Shown: one piece after another, positions 20,301 to 29,363 of the stretch
Layout of the letters: every line of letters begins with the position of its first letter
How positions within the stretch are numbered: position 1 is the first letter of the stretch
Source: a virus
Lineage: Duplodnaviria > Caudoviricetes
Length of the DNA: 55,831 bases
IMG/VR virus record: IMGVR_UViG_3300030419_007944
Location: 1 to 55,831 of that record
Strand: one strand, 5' to 3'
Notes under the pieces: model-generated
Databases searched by the model: none
Seen by the model: only the letters and a program-made list of their open reading frames with translations
Told to the model about the DNA's origin: nothing
Translations under genes and position numbers: made by a program

Positions 20301-21296
20301 AATTGGAGCAGAGAGATCCAAAAATTTTGATGCATAAATAATAGTCTCGCGCCCTAAAGATAACGGCCTATCTAATAAATCCAAATATCCATTATTTTTT
20401 AAGTGGCCGGCCCATATAAAAGCATTATTAGGGCCCGGAGCGCGTCCTGGAATTTTATGTACAGGGCTTGGTGCCGATAAGTTAAGTGCTGCATCGAAGT
20501 GCTCTTTTGTTTGTGCAGTACCGTTTCCATAAAAGCCAGTCTTTATCTTACCCTTAACTTTTCTAATTGGCAAATCAGATTTAATGTCAGAAACAGTGCT
20601 ACCAACAAAAAGACCAGGGCCGGGGCCCTCGTCGATTCGAGGCTGCTTACATTCTGGCGGCTTGAACTTATCCAAGGCAGACTTTTTGACCTCCTCAAGA
20701 TGTGGAATTGGCGTATCTTCTATTACTCCAACTATGATACCTGACGGCTTCCCAGAGGCACCAGTTGGCCGAGGATTAAATTCAATCTGTATTATTGAGT
20801 TGACGGAAATCTTTTGCGCCTCTGTGGACGGAAGACCAACAGCCTCATATTGGCCATGCAGGCCTATGGTAAATTCATCATCAGAATCAAGATTTTCCAA
20901 GCCACCAACATGTGCAACAAGGGCATCATCAATTCCTCGCACATGCGCCAAAACTCTAACAGGCGGATCGTGCCTAAGAGATGAGGAAGATCTTTCTTCT
21001 ATATCTTCTTGTCCTGAAAGTCTCATGGATTTTGACAAGTTACCACCTGTTGAGGCATCATTATAAGCCGAGGGGCCGGTCAGGACCTTTAACACAATGG
21101 CCAGATGACGACCAGAATATGGATTGGTCGAGCGACTCGCGGCATCGTAATGTTCATTTAATTTGCGACGCAGTAGTTTAGATGTTCTCACCTGTCGATC
21201 GCGTCGCTCCTCGACAAGAGGACCGTACTGTGGATTTACCTCGTCAGCATCGTAATTACCGACCCACTTCCAAATAGGTGAAAATTTCTTCGACAC
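17349..21296 (-). CDS. Large baseplate-associated protein (1315 aa) with degenerate alpha/beta-hydrolase-like and M15 peptidase-like domains
   Basis: YYFHD, FVLVIPE, ILADGLGG and VDFIDS in the middle; SLYSLGLALSVD and DDHMHF near the C-terminus. Confidence 0.5.
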   Translation of the reverse strand: MSKKFSPIWKWVGNYDADEVNPQYGPLVEERRDRQVRTSKLLRRKLNEHYDAASRSTNPYSGRHLAIVLKVLTGPSAYNDASTGGNLSKSMRLSGQEDIEERSSSSLRHDPPVRVLAHVRGIDDALVAHVGGLENLDSDDEFTIGLHGQYEAVGLPSTEAQKISVNSIIQIEFNPRPTGASGKPSGIIVGVIEDTPIPHLEEVKKSALDKFKPPECKQPRIDEGPGPGLFVGSTVSDIKSDLPIRKVKGKIKTGFYGNGTAQTKEHFDAALNLSAPSPVHKIPGRAPGPNNAFIWAGHLKNNGYLDLLDRPLSLGRETIIYASKFLDLSAPIEIKYYFHDVGGFGHAWVNGPNTTTAQARDAATTPEPNDFRDILGPGIKDLIKEGRNFVLVIPEMMYSRGFGTMAHDGGANRLSGLLTGANIGAGISHSPPDINLVRVHPEGIQNEKLLSVIRQYLDDIPISVGYKEGLGGTDLFEDPGFTPTETFLNESVLSVTRLREREFSTFDGSFTGGNFGLFHEEVVGVLNEHLGNVRDKISYISILADGLGGVNFASMVQRISNSPSHSRAETGVRNVDINRVDFIDSGMDNDSYHLFPSIPSYTIYEDYLLFKTEDLTQTIEFNYVTPFTSVNPGAKKFFNKIGLGEKFSQTYKASGAPGEQKFSALVDGASLSRNSVNLFVTNTSPWPPAGYVMSMKNTFLKDITLPQKSISRAGEQPGAGTMPNHAQALAAKRGNAAKAIYSKELILLNAVISSFEEFLYDFAAQGNPTGTFFGHGGDNLCTLEINNERPYAVYCNDKEKLVFHSGSPLEARYKKYLNARKRYYELSTLSAHQDVINNVGSDKELVEAALKGFEEALTATEQTIEDFNHEELWKNYNQAFGVYHFNTLEKLQISIGIAGNAESHGHLGDVARSIGIKSALQKTISVLKEELKTAKPSGRDPECVVNPFSLRSLNAGGYPDPSLLSTDMSESLGIINCKSKIPVPENYSDLAKLIPFFPKKSEMLTSSNASKNKTGILNAGIGYKTGTFRYKARGPDNTVVNLRSPPVWNCLAPILEKAWSAACAQSNYVPFRIMEGIKGAAGRGGVTAYKSGLSLYSLGLALSVDPFINGYSAGDPFFSAWTGMWSPDIDKHREELERLGVWRGRKYWDGPWYNPTVGFDFGTTSDNVYEDFFGFGRRLRQAEEWDDLFDTDGYRKTEDSYEDVMEFADGSTIVPVGANPTLWMLTFCELSGMKWGNSFFMKRRWRGGNIWSPAEQRRIDAIYGIKDVVARVNAVSWSDANIDDHMHFHFWSGESLGGRLIKWDDIEEVAAEYGQ

Positions 21297-21309
21297 ATTT
21301 AGTTCCTCT

Positions 21310-21606
21310 TCATTCTTCTTTTATCAAATCATAGATTTGAGTTTTATCTATTGAAGATAAATTACCAGGCGCGGTTTCCTTTTTAGTTATCAAAGAAGCT
21401 AGTTTAACCAACTGCTCGTTCGAACGCTGCAAGGTTTCTAAATATTTTGCGGCGACGGGGCCTGTATACTGGTGTTTTGTTTCATCGGTTTTTAAAATCT
21501 TCATCAATTCTACAAGAAGAGTTGAGGCTAGAGCCCGGTCTTTCCTCACATTGTCAATAGCCTCTTCGATGAAGGATTCTGAATTTATATGTTTCCCTTT
21601 TCCCAT
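21310..21606 (-). CDS. Hypothetical protein (98 aa)
   Basis: Helical ORF that overlaps the end of the sigma-like gene. Confidence 0.7.
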   Translation of the reverse strand: MGKGKHINSESFIEEAIDNVRKDRALASTLLVELMKILKTDETKHQYTGPVAAKYLETLQRSNEQLVKLASLITKKETAPGNLSSIDKTQIYDLIKEE

Positions 21607-22310
21607 TCTGCTTTAAAGTCCCTATATCTTTTTCGTATGCGATTAAGGTTGTTTACAATCTGCTTTGTGTTTAAGCCCGTTATCTCGCGCATATACAAGT
21701 AAATAGCTTTTTTATTAAAAATCTCTATCTCATCAATACTATTAAAAAGGATCTTGATCGCATCAATAACTTTTTTTTCGTTGTCTTTTAATTTTAATTT
21801 CTCCCAGCCATCTATTTCCCTAAAAAGATGTTGCCAGAACTCAAAGTTTTCACGATGCGACTCATATAGGTTCTGGACGACTAGATCAGAATTCTCAGTC
21901 TCATTTTTCAGATCTTCATATTGTATATCTCTTTTAAGCTTTTTAGAGTTCTGCTTAACCTTGTGTATAAACCAATTTTTTGTTATAACACTAAAATAAG
22001 AGAATGCCTTAGATTTTCTTTCAACATCATATTTGTCAAGAATAGTCATAAGCCAAATCTTGCAATCATCTTTCAAATATTCAATATTTGGTAAATTATT
22101 AAATTTGTATGTGTAGACAATTTTATCTACCATTTCATTAAACGCAGGGCCAATGAATTGCATATATAGTTCTGTTCGCTCGCTCTTGCTTTCAGTTAGA
22201 GCATAACGAATTATTGCTTCTTCATGAACTTTTGTAAAATAATTATTTTTTCTACGGGGTCGTCGGCGTCGCTTCAGCGTCTTCTTCGGTTCCGTCATCA
22301 TCTTCCTCAT
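21585..22310 (-). CDS. Phage late-transcription sigma factor-like protein (T4 gp55-like)
   Basis: KNNYFT N-terminus; KYDVERKSKAFSYFSVITKNWFI resembles sigma region 2 of gp55-like proteins; C-terminal HTH-like segment YMREITGLNTKQIVNNLNRIR. Confidence 0.65.
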   Translation of the reverse strand: MRKMMTEPKKTLKRRRRPRRKNNYFTKVHEEAIIRYALTESKSERTELYMQFIGPAFNEMVDKIVYTYKFNNLPNIEYLKDDCKIWLMTILDKYDVERKSKAFSYFSVITKNWFIHKVKQNSKKLKRDIQYEDLKNETENSDLVVQNLYESHRENFEFWQHLFREIDGWEKLKLKDNEKKVIDAIKILFNSIDEIEIFNKKAIYLYMREITGLNTKQIVNNLNRIRKRYRDFKAEWEKGNI

Positions 22311-22647
22311 CTATTACTTCTACTTCGTAATGCTCATCTTGAAAATCAATTATTCTATTAACCATCGTTTTAGAATGATCAATCAAATTTTGTAAATTTT
22401 CGTCACCATAAAACATATCCAAAGAATGAATTTGTTCCAAATGTTCCGCAAAAGATTCAAACTCTCCCAAAAGATTATCTATATCATCTCCTGTTTCTTC
22501 AATTCGCTTGATACTCTTTAAAGAAAACCACACTAAAACAATATTAATAACCACACTAACATATAGTAAAAACGGAAGAACGCCAACTACAGCCATTAGC
22601 AAGACAGCGTTCAACAAAACAGATAGTGCTATAATATACCTACTCAT
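22252..22647 (-). CDS. Hypothetical membrane protein
   Basis: Two N-terminal hydrophobic segments and an acidic tail. Confidence 0.7.
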   Translation of the reverse strand: MSRYIIALSVLLNAVLLMAVVGVLPFLLYVSVVINIVLVWFSLKSIKRIEETGDDIDNLLGEFESFAEHLEQIHSLDMFYGDENLQNLIDHSKTMVNRIIDFQDEHYEVEVIDEEDDDGTEEDAEATPTTP

Positions 22648-22912
22648 CGGGGGTCCATTCTAATCCTTCTAGAGATTTTTTTTCTAACTCTAACTCTTCT
22701 CTGAAATTTTCTATAGATTTCTTTACAACATCTCCTACCTTGGTAGGACGAGAAAAACTATCTTCCCTTTTTGTAGAAAAATGCGATGGAAGCTTTTTCA
22801 AAGATTTTTTCGATTGACACACTTCGCAGTCTTCCCTAGTCTCAGACATCGAATGATATAAGGAAATTTCTGCTTCGCATTCAAAACATTTATATATATA
22901 TCTTGGCATCAA
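22640..22912 (-). CDS. FmdB-family zinc-ribbon protein
   Basis: MPRYIYKCFEC...CEVC pattern. Confidence 0.8.
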   Translation of the reverse strand: MMPRYIYKCFECEAEISLYHSMSETREDCEVCQSKKSLKKLPSHFSTKREDSFSRPTKVGDVVKKSIENFREELELEKKSLEGLEWTPDE

Positions 22913-23112
22913 TCAAGCGAACCCGGCGGGAAGTCCTCGTCCTCATCTTCATTCATCTTAATGATGGGAGGATTCATCACAAAAAGCTGGCTATCCTCGT
23001 TTACTTTAAAATTAAAGCCTTTCAGTGTTGGAACAATATCACTTTGCTCCATCAAGGACTTTTGTAGAGCCATCATGATGGCCCCCAACGCTTCATCAGA
23101 TAATTTTAACAT
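22909..23112 (-). CDS. Hypothetical protein (67 aa)
   Basis: Short ORF overlapping both neighbours in the operon. Confidence 0.7.
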   Translation of the reverse strand: MLKLSDEALGAIMMALQKSLMEQSDIVPTLKGFNFKVNEDSQLFVMNPPIIKMNEDEDEDFPPGSLD

Positions 23113-23972
23113 TCTGTACTCCTTTTTAAATGTTGTATATAATCTGCTAATTTATTTTTAGCTTTCCAATTCAACTCTAAACTACATCTATTGCTTATTA
23201 CTATCGGATCTTTTCTATTGCCTTTTTGTTCTGGTAAATAAACTATATCATCAGAAAACATTTTAGCAACTTCCTCTATGGAATATAAAGAAGCTTCGTC
23301 GCACAGACAATAGCCATCTCCCTGGCCGTGAAGTCCGATCTTGATCAAGCCCGAGACTGCATCTTCAACATGAGTAAAGTATCTTTTCTGTGTTCCGGGG
23401 CTGACCACAGTAATCGGCTGACCCTTCTTAAACTGTTCTTTAAATATTCCAACAACAGTCGCGTATTTTCCATCAGATATTTGCCCAGGGCCATAGATGT
23501 TATAAAAATACGCAATTGCATATTCTAGCCCATACCAGTCGGCATAATTTTTTGTTAGCTCCACAATTTTCGACTTAGCCCATGAATAAGGTGTTAGGTT
23601 CTCATCTTGCCCGGAATTGCCAAAAATGCTACTAGAGCCCGCATAGACAAACTTAACATTATGCTTTAAACAAAACTGCAACACGCGAAAAGTACCATCA
23701 AGATTAAAGCGCCATATCTTCTCTATATCTTCGAAACTAGTCGAAATTCTAGAATACTCTCCCAGGTGATATACAACATCCGGCTTAAAATGTATTATAT
23801 CCTCTATATTATTCGTATTTCCAGCAAAATATTGTACACCGGGCACCATTCTATCGGATAGCCCAGTAAAATAATTATCCAAACAATAGATCTCATTTTG
23901 ACTGTCTTCAGCCAACTTGCGAATTAAATTTGAACCTATAAAGCCAGTTCCGCCAGTAACGAGTATCTTCAC
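23106..23972 (-). CDS. NAD-dependent nucleotide-sugar epimerase/dehydratase (extended SDR)
   Basis: TGGTGFIG Rossmann motif, YSWAK catalytic YxxxK and YNIYGP. Confidence 0.9.
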   Translation of the reverse strand: MKILVTGGTGFIGSNLIRKLAEDSQNEIYCLDNYFTGLSDRMVPGVQYFAGNTNNIEDIIHFKPDVVYHLGEYSRISTSFEDIEKIWRFNLDGTFRVLQFCLKHNVKFVYAGSSSIFGNSGQDENLTPYSWAKSKIVELTKNYADWYGLEYAIAYFYNIYGPGQISDGKYATVVGIFKEQFKKGQPITVVSPGTQKRYFTHVEDAVSGLIKIGLHGQGDGYCLCDEASLYSIEEVAKMFSDDIVYLPEQKGNRKDPIVISNRCSLELNWKAKNKLADYIQHLKRSTEC

Positions 23973-24331
23973 TAATCTCCCTTCACTATTCGGTAACTAT
24001 CTTCATCAAAATGCTGTGTGGAGAACTCAAACAATTCTGTATCTTCCAGGGCGATCATCTGATGCCTTAGCCCACGATAAACATGAAAATTGTCTCCGGG
24101 GCCTAATTCAACAGAGGACGCTTCTTCGAGATCGTCTTGCTCAGAAAACTTCACTATGATCTTTCCAGACTGCACATAAAACACTTCATCCTTAAGTTTA
24201 TGAAAGTGCCACGAACACCTCTTGCCCTTAACAAAATAAAGCAATTTTCCGCAGTATTCCTCGCAGTTAACTATCCACTTCTCAAATCCCCAACCTTTGG
24301 GCACAAAATTAATCGGTAAAGAATTCTTCAC
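23972..24331 (-). CDS. Cupin-domain protein (sugar isomerase-like)
   Basis: KGWGFE, SWHFHKLKDEVFYV and RHQ cupin motifs. Confidence 0.8.
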   Translation of the reverse strand: MKNSLPINFVPKGWGFEKWIVNCEEYCGKLLYFVKGKRCSWHFHKLKDEVFYVQSGKIIVKFSEQDDLEEASSVELGPGDNFHVYRGLRHQMIALEDTELFEFSTQHFDEDSYRIVKGD

Positions 24332-24641
24332 AATTTATTCCCTTGTCATCTATATAAAAATCTGCGGCCGGCTTTCCTAAAAATAAGTGATGATATTTCG
24401 CACCCCAGCTAGATAACTGCTTTGAAGTTAGTTCATAAAATTGTTGATTGGCGTACGCAGCGTTATTATCATTTCTGCCCATGCCGCGAGCCGTCATATA
24501 AATAATCTTATGCCCTTCTTCATATAATTTATTAACCTTCTCTATTCTATTAAGAAATGGTACTGCATCTTCATAACTTTGACCTTCTAATTCGCAAAGT
24601 TTAGCGCAAATTGTTCCATCTATATCAAACACATATGTCAT
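24309..24641 (-). CDS. HAD-superfamily phosphatase (capsule-biosynthesis type)
   Basis: FDIDGT, TARG and GKP...YIDDK motifs. Start moved to the ATG at 24641 (MTYVFD). Confidence 0.85.
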   Translation of the reverse strand: MTYVFDIDGTICAKLCELEGQSYEDAVPFLNRIEKVNKLYEEGHKIIYMTARGMGRNDNNAAYANQQFYELTSKQLSSWGAKYHHLFLGKPAADFYIDDKGINCEEFFTD

Positions 24642-25026
24642 TCTTTTCACTCTCCAATATTCTAGTGGTTGAAAAACCATCAATATAATTAAAAATTTTT
24701 ACTTCCGCCAGATTATTTCCAACCACTTCTTCTATTTTGTAATCTCCACCTTTGACAATTATATCAGGCTTTATTTGTTTTATTAACGAATAAGGAGTTT
24801 TTTCATTAAAAACGATAACTTCGTCAACATATCTACACGATTCCAGCATAAACTTTCTTTCTCTTTGAGAAAAAAATGGTCGAGCTGGACCTTTGTTTTC
24901 TGAGACGCTTCCATCACTATTCAGGCCCACAACAACATGCCCCAAGCTTTTACAATATTGCAGAAGCTTCATGTGGCCAGGATGAAGAATATCAAAGCAG
25001 CCATTTGTAAAGACTTTCTTAAACAA
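24625..25026 (-). CDS. Sugar-1-phosphate nucleotidyltransferase, RfaE/HldE domain II-like (HldC-like)
   Basis: FTNGCFDILHPGH, VGLNSDGSV, KGPARP, KGGDY and GFSTT motifs. Confidence 0.88.
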   Translation of the reverse strand: MFKKVFTNGCFDILHPGHMKLLQYCKSLGHVVVGLNSDGSVSENKGPARPFFSQRERKFMLESCRYVDEVIVFNEKTPYSLIKQIKPDIIVKGGDYKIEEVVGNNLAEVKIFNYIDGFSTTRILESEKNDICV

Positions 25027-25756
25027 CGCTCACCCCACGAGATTGCACAACCCTAGTAGCACACTCATTTGCGAAACGTATAGATTCAGAAATATCTTTA
25101 GTTTGCATAAATTTTGTCACTAATCCAGCAAGAAATGTGTCGCCGGCGCCGGAGACGTCCTTGATCTCCACCCTTGGCACAGGATACAGAATTCCATTAT
25201 GTTTTGCACCATCTTGCCCATATGTAATGATGAATTTCTTTTTTATATCGTCATTCAGAAGATGTTCAGTCTTGTTGTATTCCAATGAGTTAATTTTTAT
25301 ATATGAAATATCAGAACACCAGGCTGGATCTAGCATCTTTTTTGTATCTAGAAAAACCAAATCATTTTCAGAAGAAATATATTTTATATCCTCTTCGGTT
25401 ACATATCCTTTATTATAATCAGATATCACAACAGCATCATAGTTTTTAAAATTTATTTTTGATAACTTGCATCTTTTTATTTTGTTGTCATTCTCATCAA
25501 GCCTCATAAACATATGATTTGTTCTGTGGTCGATAAATCTAGTTTTTCGCACACTACGCCAATTAGGATTGGTGAAGATCTCAGCCTTAATGGCGCCGAT
25601 AGAATTAATATTGTTTTTCACATTCATTGCCATGCCATCATTTTCAACAACATTTATTGGATTAAATACCGGAACAGGTGCCTCTGGACAGAGGCGCTCA
25701 CAAACACCATAATTAAAAACATCTCTACAGCTCTCGCCTACAACTAAAACTTTCAT
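25019..25756 (-). CDS. PfkB-family kinase, RfaE/HldE domain I-like (HldA-like)
   Basis: RLCPEAPVPV, ISDYNKG and DVSGAGDTF motifs. Confidence 0.85.
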   Translation of the reverse strand: MKVLVVGESCRDVFNYGVCERLCPEAPVPVFNPINVVENDGMAMNVKNNINSIGAIKAEIFTNPNWRSVRKTRFIDHRTNHMFMRLDENDNKIKRCKLSKINFKNYDAVVISDYNKGYVTEEDIKYISSENDLVFLDTKKMLDPAWCSDISYIKINSLEYNKTEHLLNDDIKKKFIITYGQDGAKHNGILYPVPRVEIKDVSGAGDTFLAGLVTKFMQTKDISESIRFANECATRVVQSRGVSVV

Positions 25757-25757
25757 C

Positions 25758-26918
25758 TTATCCCTTTACGATACTACAAATAGTATCAATATTCTCCACC
25801 GTTAATTCAGGATAATTCGGCAAAAAGAAGCCACAAGAATGTATTTTATCACTAATATGATCGTGAAATTTACCATATTTGTTATACCAGAAGGGATGGC
25901 GACCAAGATTGCCGGCGCTAAAAATTCTTGTCTCTACACCTGCTTCGACCAGCCTCTCGACAATCTCCCTTCTATGGTCGTTATTCTCTGCCAAGGCACC
26001 GAAAGAAATAGAGACAGGCTTATTCTCTCCCCAGTTCTGAAATTCTACAGTATCTCGAAGACGCTCTGCGTAGGCAACATGGTTCTCAAATCGACGTTGA
26101 GCGACAACTGGCGCCTTTGCTATTTGTCTTATGCCCAAAAACGCCTGCAGGTCTGTTGACCTTAGATTAAACCCAGGCATAAAAAATGTAAAGGGCTTAT
26201 GAAAATCATCTATTTGATACTCTTCCACGAGCTTTGTATAGCTTTGCTCAGCCAAATCCTTCCCCCAGCCATGGCTGCGCAACATTAGCAAGGCATCAAA
26301 TAGCTCCTTGTCGTCTGTATTGACCATCCCGCCCTCGATAGTAGAAAGCTGATGGCCAAAATAAAAAGAAAACGAAGACATGTCCCCAACTGTACCAATT
26401 TTATCTCCATTAGAATATTCAGCGCCCAGAGCAGCGCAAGCATCTTCTAGTAAGCAAAATCCATACTTTTTCTTTAGCTCTAGCAATCTTTCTCTGTAAT
26501 GCGGGACGCCAAGAACTTGGACAAAAATAACAGCATCTGGCCTTTCTTTTTCGCACAGCTGCTCTAGCTGATCCAGATCCATGCCAAATGTATCCGGGTC
26601 GGCGCCGACCATAAACGGCTCAAGACCAAATTGAATCGCTGGTGCAATGGTAGTAACCCACCCAACGGAGGGTACAGCAATCTTTTTGTTTTCTATACGA
26701 CCAGCTGCGATCGCTGCGTAGATCATAAGCAAATTTGCAGAAGAACCAGAATTATTGAAAACAGCATGCTTTGTGCCAATATAGTTTGCCCACTGTTCTT
26801 CGACTTGCCATGTTAACTCGCCTTTCGTAAGCCTCGGATAGCTACGGAGCCAGTCGCAGAGGGCGTCCACATCTTCATTATTAATCGTTTCTTTTGCTAA
26901 CGGGTAATTTATATTCAC
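25758..26918 (-). CDS. PLP/PMP-dependent DegT/DnrJ-fold enzyme, His-type NDP-4-keto-6-deoxyhexose 3-dehydratase (ColD/E1-like)
   Basis: NSGSSANLL, LEDACAALG and SFYFGHQLSTIEGG, with His where aminotransferases have the Schiff-base Lys. GTG start at 26918 follows a GGAGG RBS. Confidence 0.8.
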   Translation of the reverse strand: MNINYPLAKETINNEDVDALCDWLRSYPRLTKGELTWQVEEQWANYIGTKHAVFNNSGSSANLLMIYAAIAAGRIENKKIAVPSVGWVTTIAPAIQFGLEPFMVGADPDTFGMDLDQLEQLCEKERPDAVIFVQVLGVPHYRERLLELKKKYGFCLLEDACAALGAEYSNGDKIGTVGDMSSFSFYFGHQLSTIEGGMVNTDDKELFDALLMLRSHGWGKDLAEQSYTKLVEEYQIDDFHKPFTFFMPGFNLRSTDLQAFLGIRQIAKAPVVAQRRFENHVAYAERLRDTVEFQNWGENKPVSISFGALAENNDHRREIVERLVEAGVETRIFSAGNLGRHPFWYNKYGKFHDHISDKIHSCGFFLPNYPELTVENIDTICSIVKG

Positions 26919-27465
26919 TTTTTCCTCCGAATAAATTAATTTGTTTAAATGAGCTTCCATTTCTGTCTCTCTTAGAAAGGATAGGCTTATCAATAGGCCA
27001 GTCTATTTTGAGATCGGGGTCATCCCAAGCTACAGTTGCCTGCTTTTCAGGTCCGTGGTATTTTTCTGACCATTTATACCAAAAAATGCATTTTTCCGAC
27101 AAACATAAATGACCATTTAAACACCCCGGGGGAACTAGTACTAGTGTACCACTATTTTCAGAAATTTTAAACGTTTCAGTCAAACCATATGTTTTTGAAT
27201 GGCGTCGGGCGTCAGCAACGACCAGTAGCATCTCCCCGTGCAAACACGATATAAGCTTCCAAGTATTGTCATCTCCATGCAGGCCTCGCAAGACATTCCG
27301 TCTAGAAATTGAAATCTTATCCTCCACAAAAGATGGTAGCCAGTCCACATTTCGAAAAATCGTCCAGATCTCTCCCCTTTCGTCCGAAAAAGTATCTAAA
27401 GAAATTTTATATACATCTTCTATTTTAGAATTTTCGATGTGTTTATAGAAATCAAAATCCATCAA
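26881..27465 (-). CDS. rmlC: dTDP-4-dehydrorhamnose 3,5-epimerase family protein
   Basis: FSDERG, VLRGLHGD, VPPGCLNGH and WDDPDLKIDWP...LSKRD motifs. Confidence 0.85.
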   Translation of the reverse strand: MMDFDFYKHIENSKIEDVYKISLDTFSDERGEIWTIFRNVDWLPSFVEDKISISRRNVLRGLHGDDNTWKLISCLHGEMLLVVADARRHSKTYGLTETFKISENSGTLVLVPPGCLNGHLCLSEKCIFWYKWSEKYHGPEKQATVAWDDPDLKIDWPIDKPILSKRDRNGSSFKQINLFGGKSEYKLPVSKRND

Positions 27466-28409
27466 ACCTCAACAAATTCAAACTCGTCGCGACTTCTAGG
27501 GAAATTTTTATTTTTATAATTCTTGGCATCATCTAAAGTTTCCTGAACATTTATATGAAGAGTCTTGCCAAGTCTTGATACATCTCTCTGGGGTAGGTAC
27601 TTATTTCTATATTGTTCATAAACAAAAGATTTACTTTTTTGAAAAATAGACCTTCCATCTTTTATTGCTAAGCCAATTTCCAAAGAGACACGTGACCCGC
27701 CGCCTTGCTTGAGTGTCCTGTGTACGCAAGCATGATCAAAAATATTTATAGCTCCAAAGTGAGCAAAATCTAAAAATTTTAAAGATTTAAAAAATGATTT
27801 TTTATACGCATCATCATAGTCTGTCAATGAACTAAAAAAGTCTGGTGAAGGATCAACCGGTTCGCACAATTCAACTGTAGTGGTGGGATCACCGCCAACT
27901 GGAATAGACAGTATAGAATCACCTAACTGGGAAGCCCACGCATCTGAATGATATTTCTCTGTAGCTAGCAGGCGGCTTCTCATCACTTCCTCACTTCTCC
28001 CAGAGACAATCCTAGGGGTGATGCATTGTGCATGAGAAATATAATTTATCAGCCCAGTGTCAATCAAAATATCGGTTACTATAGCCTGCAACTTGTTGTA
28101 TTCTTTTAAGTTTTCTCTTTTTGGATAAAAAACCCCATTTGGGCTTATATTAGGAAGAGCGAAGATTTCTTGCTCATAGACATTCAAAAAATCAAAGTCG
28201 CACTCATCAAATCGCCAATCAGCTAGAAAAATCTTCTTTCCATAAAAAGAAAGTAATGTCTTGTGTATGTATTCTACAAAAGCTCTTTGCAGTTGGCTAA
28301 GCAGCCTATCGTCAATATTGATATTAAAAAATATTCCACGATCATTAAAGACATTGCAATTTTCTCTTATTAGATTATAGATCTGCTGCCGCTCTTCAAT
28401 AATACCCAT
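27462..28409 (-). CDS. Putative 2-oxoglutarate/Fe(II) dioxygenase-like protein
   Basis: HxD (YHSDAW), a distal His (CVHRT) and RxS (SRVSLE) occur in the expected order. Confidence 0.55.
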   Translation of the reverse strand: MGIIEERQQIYNLIRENCNVFNDRGIFFNINIDDRLLSQLQRAFVEYIHKTLLSFYGKKIFLADWRFDECDFDFLNVYEQEIFALPNISPNGVFYPKRENLKEYNKLQAIVTDILIDTGLINYISHAQCITPRIVSGRSEEVMRSRLLATEKYHSDAWASQLGDSILSIPVGGDPTTTVELCEPVDPSPDFFSSLTDYDDAYKKSFFKSLKFLDFAHFGAINIFDHACVHRTLKQGGGSRVSLEIGLAIKDGRSIFQKSKSFVYEQYRNKYLPQRDVSRLGKTLHINVQETLDDAKNYKNKNFPRSRDEFEFVEV

Positions 28410-28415
28410 CTTGCC

Positions 28416-29363
28416 TCATGGTATGAACTTACATTTCATTTTATCATAATCCAGCTCTTCTTTGGAGAGAAAAAAATATTTATTTATCATACTTTTCAAT
28501 TCTTCAGGAAAAAGAGGAAAGCCATCAGGGCCATAGGCATCTGGATTATGATTCATAATGTCGTTACACTCCTCATATCCCATGCCCACCCTTCGCGCTT
28601 CGGGATCATTAATAAAATCATTCGCGTCGCGGCCACACAATAAATTATTCCACGGATTTCTATGAACGGATGACCAATGAGGCTTACAATTAGACGCACC
28701 ATCGACGCCCTTGAGATGTCTTATTTGTATATCTTTCATTATCACCCACCTCTGATTGACAGCAGCTGCAAGAAAATTAAATGTCGACTCAGAACAATAT
28801 GCAGCAAATACGTCTGGTTCAATTTTATTATTGTAGGCTTTATAAATCTCATTGCTAAAAAGATGTACATGCTGATTTATTGACTTTCCAATTGGTATAA
28901 TATAATCTTCATCTTTTATCTGCACATCTGAAGTTTGATATTTAAATTTTGGATCAAGCACTTGAAGTGCCTCGTCGGTATCACATTGCAAGGCAATGAT
29001 TCCGTTAGGCCCAGATTTGTAGGTCTCGTAGAGTCTTGATAGAATATCTCTTTGATCATCAAAAGTACAGCCAGAGTCGACATAAACATATGTCTCGGCA
29101 TCTCCAAAATGACTGGTAAAGTCTTGCAATGCTTTATTGAAAGTTATATTGACAGTATGAGGCTCAGAATGAAAAGAATAAGATATCTCGTTTCTAAAGG
29201 TTTTATATATTTCCTGCAAGCATTCAGCGCTATTTAGACACGACGACAAAACCACTCGATAATCATCAAAATCTTGATTTAAAAAGCTTTTAATACACTC
29301 TATATACCAAGCTGTATTGTCTCTCTTTATTCCACATGTGTTATACACTACTACAGATTTCAT
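28416..29363 (-). CDS. Putative GT-A fold (GT2-like) glycosyltransferase
   Basis: ECIKSFLNQDFDDYRVV, TFNKAL and YVYVDSG (DxD-like position); cluster context. Confidence 0.55.
   Translation of the reverse strand: MKSVVVYNTCGIKRDNTAWYIECIKSFLNQDFDDYRVVLSSCLNSAECLQEIYKTFRNEISYSFHSEPHTVNITFNKALQDFTSHFGDAETYVYVDSGCTFDDQRDILSRLYETYKSGPNGIIALQCDTDEALQVLDPKFKYQTSDVQIKDEDYIIPIGKSINQHVHLFSNEIYKAYNNKIEPDVFAAYCSESTFNFLAAAVNQRWVIMKDIQIRHLKGVDGASNCKPHWSSVHRNPWNNLLCGRDANDFINDPEARRVGMGYEECNDIMNHNPDAYGPDGFPLFPEELKSMINKYFFLSKEELDYDKMKCKFIP

Noticed and set aside
2159-21296. Bacterial contractile injection system (T6SS/eCIS/tailocin) rather than a phage
   Set aside because: The linked gp55-like sigma factor, PhoH, tRNAs, Cas4-like nuclease and dense unidirectional orphan genes, with no bacterial housekeeping operons, indicate a large phage.
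25758-26993. Annotation as an ordinary sugar aminotransferase, with the ORF-track start at 26993
   Set aside because: The catalytic Lys position holds His (FGHQL), as in 3-dehydratases. A GGAGG-preceded GTG at 26918 is a better start.
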